From: Candidatus Hermodarchaeota archaeon | Lineage (GTDB): Archaea; Asgardarchaeota; Hermodarchaeia; Hermodarchaeales; Hermodarchaeaceae | Assembly: GCA_016839805.1 (NCBI GenBank) | Contig: JAEOTO010000032.1 | Span: forward strand, 32,001-96,000 | Direction: 5' to 3' | DNA: 64,000 nt | In this document: positions 59,883-64,000 of the stretch, in pieces | Layout of the letters: every line of letters begins with the position of its first letter | How positions within the stretch are numbered: the stretch's first letter is position 1 | Notes under the pieces: generated by a model | Database searches by the model: none | What the model was told of the DNA's origin: nothing | What the model saw: the letters and a program-made list of their open reading frames with translations, nothing else | Position numbers and translations under genes: made by a program

Positions 59883-59984
59883 AAAGACCCTACCACAATT
59901 TAAGAATCTAAATGGATAACCTCCACCGAGTATTTATAGGTAAAAGTACAAGACCGCTGAGTCCTAAACGGGAGCGAATACTCA

Positions 59985-60773
59985 ATGCAATTATCTCTTC
60001 CGACGATACAGGATTTATTTGTACTAATCATCGCGTATCTGTGGATTTTTGGTGTACTTGGTTTTGGCGAACTGCTTCGTAGATGGCGTAACTATTCGAC
60101 TTCGGTTACACGAAAAATCATTCATTTATTCGCAGGCTTCACTGTGTTCACAGTTCCATTCTATAGTCAGGCATGGTTAGCTCTTCTAGTATCGTTCCCG
60201 ATGTTAATCCTAATTTTCCTAGCTTCCCCAAAGAGCCCCGTTAAGAGCCTCAGAGCTATGTTCGAGGTAATGGCTCGTGAAGAAGATTACCAAACAGGTC
60301 ATATTTGGGGACCTTTTCTCTACGCAATCTCAATTAATATTCTCGTCGCACTTTTCGCATTAATTCCCACACTGACTCCTTACTTCATACTCCCGGCTAT
60401 GGGTCTAACAGCAATGTACTTGGGAGACGGAATTGCCCCAATGATAGGGGGTAGATTTGGGAAACACCACTACACTATTGGGAATGCGACTCGAAGTTTA
60501 GAGGGATCATTAGCCGTTTTCTTTAGTTCATTTTTAGGTACATGGATTTGTTGGATTTTTCTGGATATATTTGCTACAGGAGGCATTCTCATTTTCGACA
60601 TCCCGCAGATCGGCAGTCTAAGTGTGGTTTGTGCCGTTTTTGCCTCAATCATTGAGGGGATAAGTCCGGTTGGTTATGATAATATCACAGTTCCCCTTTT
60701 AACGACGGGAATTCTCTTTATTGTGGCCTCAGTAATTCATCCACTATTGCTTGCCTCAATTCTTTTCCCATAG
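59985..60773 (+). CDS. Phytol/dolichol kinase-family membrane protein
   Basis: RKIIH, GDGIA..IG..FG, RSLEGS, DNITVP. Confidence 0.85.
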   Translation: MQLSLPTIQDLFVLIIAYLWIFGVLGFGELLRRWRNYSTSVTRKIIHLFAGFTVFTVPFYSQAWLALLVSFPMLILIFLASPKSPVKSLRAMFEVMAREEDYQTGHIWGPFLYAISINILVALFALIPTLTPYFILPAMGLTAMYLGDGIAPMIGGRFGKHHYTIGNATRSLEGSLAVFFSSFLGTWICWIFLDIFATGGILIFDIPQIGSLSVVCAVFASIIEGISPVGYDNITVPLLTTGILFIVASVIHPLLLASILFP

Positions 60774-60826
60774 CAGCTGTTAAACCGTCCATGAAGCTGT
60801 CACTAATTGTAGTTCCTTGAAATGAA

Positions 60827-61393
60827 CTATTTCAACATCGCTAGACGAACCATTGCATTGACAAAGTGTTTAGCTCGTTGCATGGAAGTGTGGTATGGTT
60901 CAGTTACTGCATAATTTTGCTGAAGTTCCGCAAACCGATTATCCATCTTTTCAAGCCATTTTTGCGGTTGATCAATCTCTTTCCAGGCGTATAATCCAAG
61001 TTTATCAGCCACACAAACAATTTTTTCCTCCCAGGTTTCCGGGACGAAACTCCTTTCAGGAAGACCAATCCGAACAGCCTCTTCTGCAGTAAAGCCACCT
61101 AATACATGTCGTTCAACAATTTTTACAATACTTGCGGGATAATCGTATAGTTCTAAGAGTTTTCCACCAACATAGCCGTGTGTAACATCATGGGTTCGCG
61201 CTCGACCGAGATCATGTAATAATGCACCAATGCTTACTAAATCAAAGTCGACTTGTATCTTGGCTGAAAGTATTTTCGCAATTCGAAGTGCTTTTTGACA
61301 TGTAGCCTCACAATGACGTATAATGTTGGAGTCACTGAGATAATCGTTCAGAATTAACCTGGCCTCTTCTAATGAAGGATACACGATTGACAT
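60827..61393 (-). CDS. HD-domain phosphohydrolase
   Basis: LLHDLGR, H.YVG, ERH, EEKIVCVAD. Confidence 0.85.
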   Translation of the reverse strand: MSIVYPSLEEARLILNDYLSDSNIIRHCEATCQKALRIAKILSAKIQVDFDLVSIGALLHDLGRARTHDVTHGYVGGKLLELYDYPASIVKIVERHVLGGFTAEEAVRIGLPERSFVPETWEEKIVCVADKLGLYAWKEIDQPQKWLEKMDNRFAELQQNYAVTEPYHTSMQRAKHFVNAMVRLAMLK

Positions 61394-61474
61394 TGGTGGC
61401 GTTTATTAACGTGTTACCAAGCTTTAATTTTAAGCATGACACAAAATTAGGAAAGCTCTTCTGGGACGATTGGG

Positions 61475-62644
61475 ATGAAGACTATAAGCGAGCTCTGGGC
61501 ATTAGATGAGACAATACAAAAAATTGCTGAACAAATTCAAGTTATTGAGGAAAAAAGAAACGCCTTTGCCTCAATTATTCACTCTGTGCGCCACTCTCTT
61601 GATTTGCAATCAGATTTACCATTAGCACAACAATACATCGTTGATGGAGCAATAGCACATACAGTAAAACCAACGGGTCTAAGTGGACTCCGCGTTTGTG
61701 GTGTTGATGGGGGGCTTCTCAAAAAGACCTTACGAGGTATAGAGTTAGTTATCACCCGTGCCAATGCAACTATCTTCGAATATACACCCGCTAATCGGGT
61801 TTCAGCTATTTACTTTCCTGAAAAAACGACACCCCCTACTATAAAAGCGGAACTTACGCCCATTTCGTGGCGAGAGGCTGAAGTTAACGCATCACTTGAA
61901 CGATTAAAAGCAGAAATCGAGCTAGCTATACGAGTTCAGGATCACCATTCTACTGAATTACTATTACTAGATGGTTCTCTCAGACCCCATATTAGTGATC
62001 GCCCGCCGAATAAGTCCGTGTTCTATTCCAAGTATGACAAAATCAAAGCTCTATATGATGAACTCTTTGTAAAAACTGAAGAGACAGGAACCCTCCTTGC
62101 AGGTGTAATAAAGGACAGTAGAAGTCAACGCTTTATTCGAATTTTTGGTGAACTTCTTCCCCATCTAATAAATCGGAATCCTGAATTGAAAAGATTATTA
62201 GAACTTGATTATCGGACAATCTTGAAAACAAGCTATGATACGGATTTCTTCTTCCGTGTACTTGATGTGGGTGAACGCTCACCCATATTGCGACTGAACG
62301 ATTTTAACAGTACTTCGAATGTAGAGTCTAATACTGATGCTCAACAAGATAGTCAGCTGGTGTGTTTTTACTTGCGAACAGCGAGGTATGATTACCCACT
62401 CTGTGTTGAAGTCTTTACCGGATCTTATGACCCACTTAGGATAATCGAAAAAATCAGTGCAATGTTGCTACCAATGTCTTCCGATAATGAGGAATTCGCA
62501 CTACCAGCTGTCTTGATTGACGCCGATTCTCAAGCTCGATTAATTGAACGAGATCTTGATTTCTTATTTGCACAGCTTGCAAATCGAATAGGATATCCAC
62601 AAAGCTTACTGAAATTACGTCGTGAAAGAATGCCGTTCCATTAG
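61475..62644 (+). CDS. nurA: DNA end-resection nuclease NurA
   Basis: CGVDGG, E.ELA, LLLDGSL, VIKDS, LP..LIDAD; upstream of herA. Confidence 0.88.
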   Translation: MKTISELWALDETIQKIAEQIQVIEEKRNAFASIIHSVRHSLDLQSDLPLAQQYIVDGAIAHTVKPTGLSGLRVCGVDGGLLKKTLRGIELVITRANATIFEYTPANRVSAIYFPEKTTPPTIKAELTPISWREAEVNASLERLKAEIELAIRVQDHHSTELLLLDGSLRPHISDRPPNKSVFYSKYDKIKALYDELFVKTEETGTLLAGVIKDSRSQRFIRIFGELLPHLINRNPELKRLLELDYRTILKTSYDTDFFFRVLDVGERSPILRLNDFNSTSNVESNTDAQQDSQLVCFYLRTARYDYPLCVEVFTGSYDPLRIIEKISAMLLPMSSDNEEFALPAVLIDADSQARLIERDLDFLFAQLANRIGYPQSLLKLRRERMPFH

Positions 62645-62661
62645 GAAAATTTGTATGAAGG

Positions 62662-64000
62662 ATGAATAGTGAAATGAAAACAGAATCTCTGGGGACTATC
62701 GTTTGTACTGAAGATGGTCCTTCTACGGAAAAAATCGAGTTTGTTATCGGTAATCGCAATGAGCTATCTACAGAAAAACAAATTCCCATTCACGTTGGGC
62801 AGTATGTCTCCATCAATGCTGAAGAGGGACTAGTTATTGCCCACATCGAACAGATATATAAGACGAACCGATATTTTTCACAGATTGACGCAGTTCACGA
62901 ATTTACGCGATCCGGGAAAGCTTTCGGGGCGATTTTTCCTATTGACCGATGGGAATATGTGCTAGCCGAGGCTAAACCACTTGGCATATTTACCAACGGA
63001 CAAGTCCAAAGGGTTACCTATCCTCCATCACCTGGTGCTATAGTCTCCGCGCCTGATTATAAAATTCTAAGTGAATTCCTTGGCTTTAGTAAAGGAGGAA
63101 TTCATCTGGGACATCTTTTATTCCATGATATCCCAGCAACTTTTAACCTTTCCAAAATGTATCAGAAACATGTTGCACTTCTTGCAATGAGTGGAGCAGG
63201 AAAAAGCTATGCCGCCTCTGTAATGTTAGAAGAACTCTTGTCGAGGAAACCAGCTCAGGGTCGTCCTACAATACTTGTGATAGATGTTCATGGCGAATAC
63301 ACCGGATTAGCAGAATCTCAGGGAACAAAAGGAAAAACCTTCGAAGACCAAATAACTGTCATCCGAAGTCCACTCGTGGAAATAGCAACACCACGAATGA
63401 GCGCAAAGGCTTTCGCCACCTATTCACCGGACATGGGAACAATTCAAGTCCGTGAACTAACGCGCATTATTCGCTCACTACGAACTGCTCGAAAGGGACA
63501 ACCCTATGATATTGGTGACTTAACCATTGCATTAGAACAAGATCCCTCTATTAACGTTCGAACACGTGAAGCTCTATTGGGGTGGTTGGATAATCTCCAA
63601 AGCCTTCGGCTTTTTGGTAAAACTTCAACTCCGGAATGGAGTAAATTAATGAAACCGGGTCAAGCGGTGATTCTTAATTTAAGTGAAACCGTAAGTTTAC
63701 AAAAGAAACAAATCATTGTTGATGCCGTTCTTCGCCACTTATTCGATTTGAGACGAGATGGAATTATTCCCCCAGCTATTGTGTTTCTCGAAGAGGCCCA
63801 TCAATTCTGTCCTGAGGCTAGACGTGCACTAGCATTTTCTAAAGGCATTCTTGAGACTGTCGCTCGGGAAGGGCGCAAGTATAATTTATCGCTCTGTATT
63901 ATTTCTCAACGCCCGGTTCGGCTTTCAACAACGGTGTTATCGCAATGTGGTACTAACATATTTCTTCGGATAACTAATCCATATGATTTAGACCATATTC
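62662..64000 (+). CDS. herA: HerA helicase/ATPase, 3'-truncated by the window edge
   Basis: Open frame from ATG 62662: HAS-barrel region, KHVALLAMSGAGKSY, IDVHGEY, LEEAHQF, AREGRKY, SQRP. Confidence 0.9.
   Translation, partial: MNSEMKTESLGTIVCTEDGPSTEKIEFVIGNRNELSTEKQIPIHVGQYVSINAEEGLVIAHIEQIYKTNRYFSQIDAVHEFTRSGKAFGAIFPIDRWEYVLAEAKPLGIFTNGQVQRVTYPPSPGAIVSAPDYKILSEFLGFSKGGIHLGHLLFHDIPATFNLSKMYQKHVALLAMSGAGKSYAASVMLEELLSRKPAQGRPTILVIDVHGEYTGLAESQGTKGKTFEDQITVIRSPLVEIATPRMSAKAFATYSPDMGTIQVRELTRIIRSLRTARKGQPYDIGDLTIALEQDPSINVRTREALLGWLDNLQSLRLFGKTSTPEWSKLMKPGQAVILNLSETVSLQKKQIIVDAVLRHLFDLRRDGIIPPAIVFLEEAHQFCPEARRALAFSKGILETVAREGRKYNLSLCIISQRPVRLSTTVLSQCGTNIFLRITNPYDLDHI

Noticed and set aside
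61475-64000. NurA-HerA as an antiviral defence module
   Set aside because: Matches the housekeeping archaeal end-resection pair in a core-gene context

Overview
Core-genome region of an archaeon, very probably an Asgard lineage (four roadblock/LC7 genes, an MglA-like GTPase, a longin-like protein, an RPC34-like protein, SMC-ScpAB). It is packed with information-processing genes (TyrRS, DnaG, PAN, TFE, TFB, pelota, RNase Z, Cdc6-GINS-MCM-Hel308, Elp3, Nop5/fibrillarin/Gar1, SRP19, NurA-HerA), three tRNAs, the SRP RNA and a ~320-nt structured ncRNA containing an H/ACA guide hairpin. Main result: two protein-coding genes that the ORF track shows truncated or misses altogether, dnaG and rps30e, are each interrupted inside their most conserved motif by a 28-30 nt bulge-helix-bulge (BHB) intron. 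Cutting each by the standard archaeal splicing-endonuclease rule restores the exact conserved protein sequence. Three similar-sized BHB introns lie at non-canonical positions in tRNA-Val and tRNA-Pro, which points to a broader small-intron splicing system that includes mRNAs. Also notable: two LAGLIDADG inteins, a mirror-image synonymous-codon bias on either side of the MCM intein, and several genes that appear to start at ATA, CTG or ACG.
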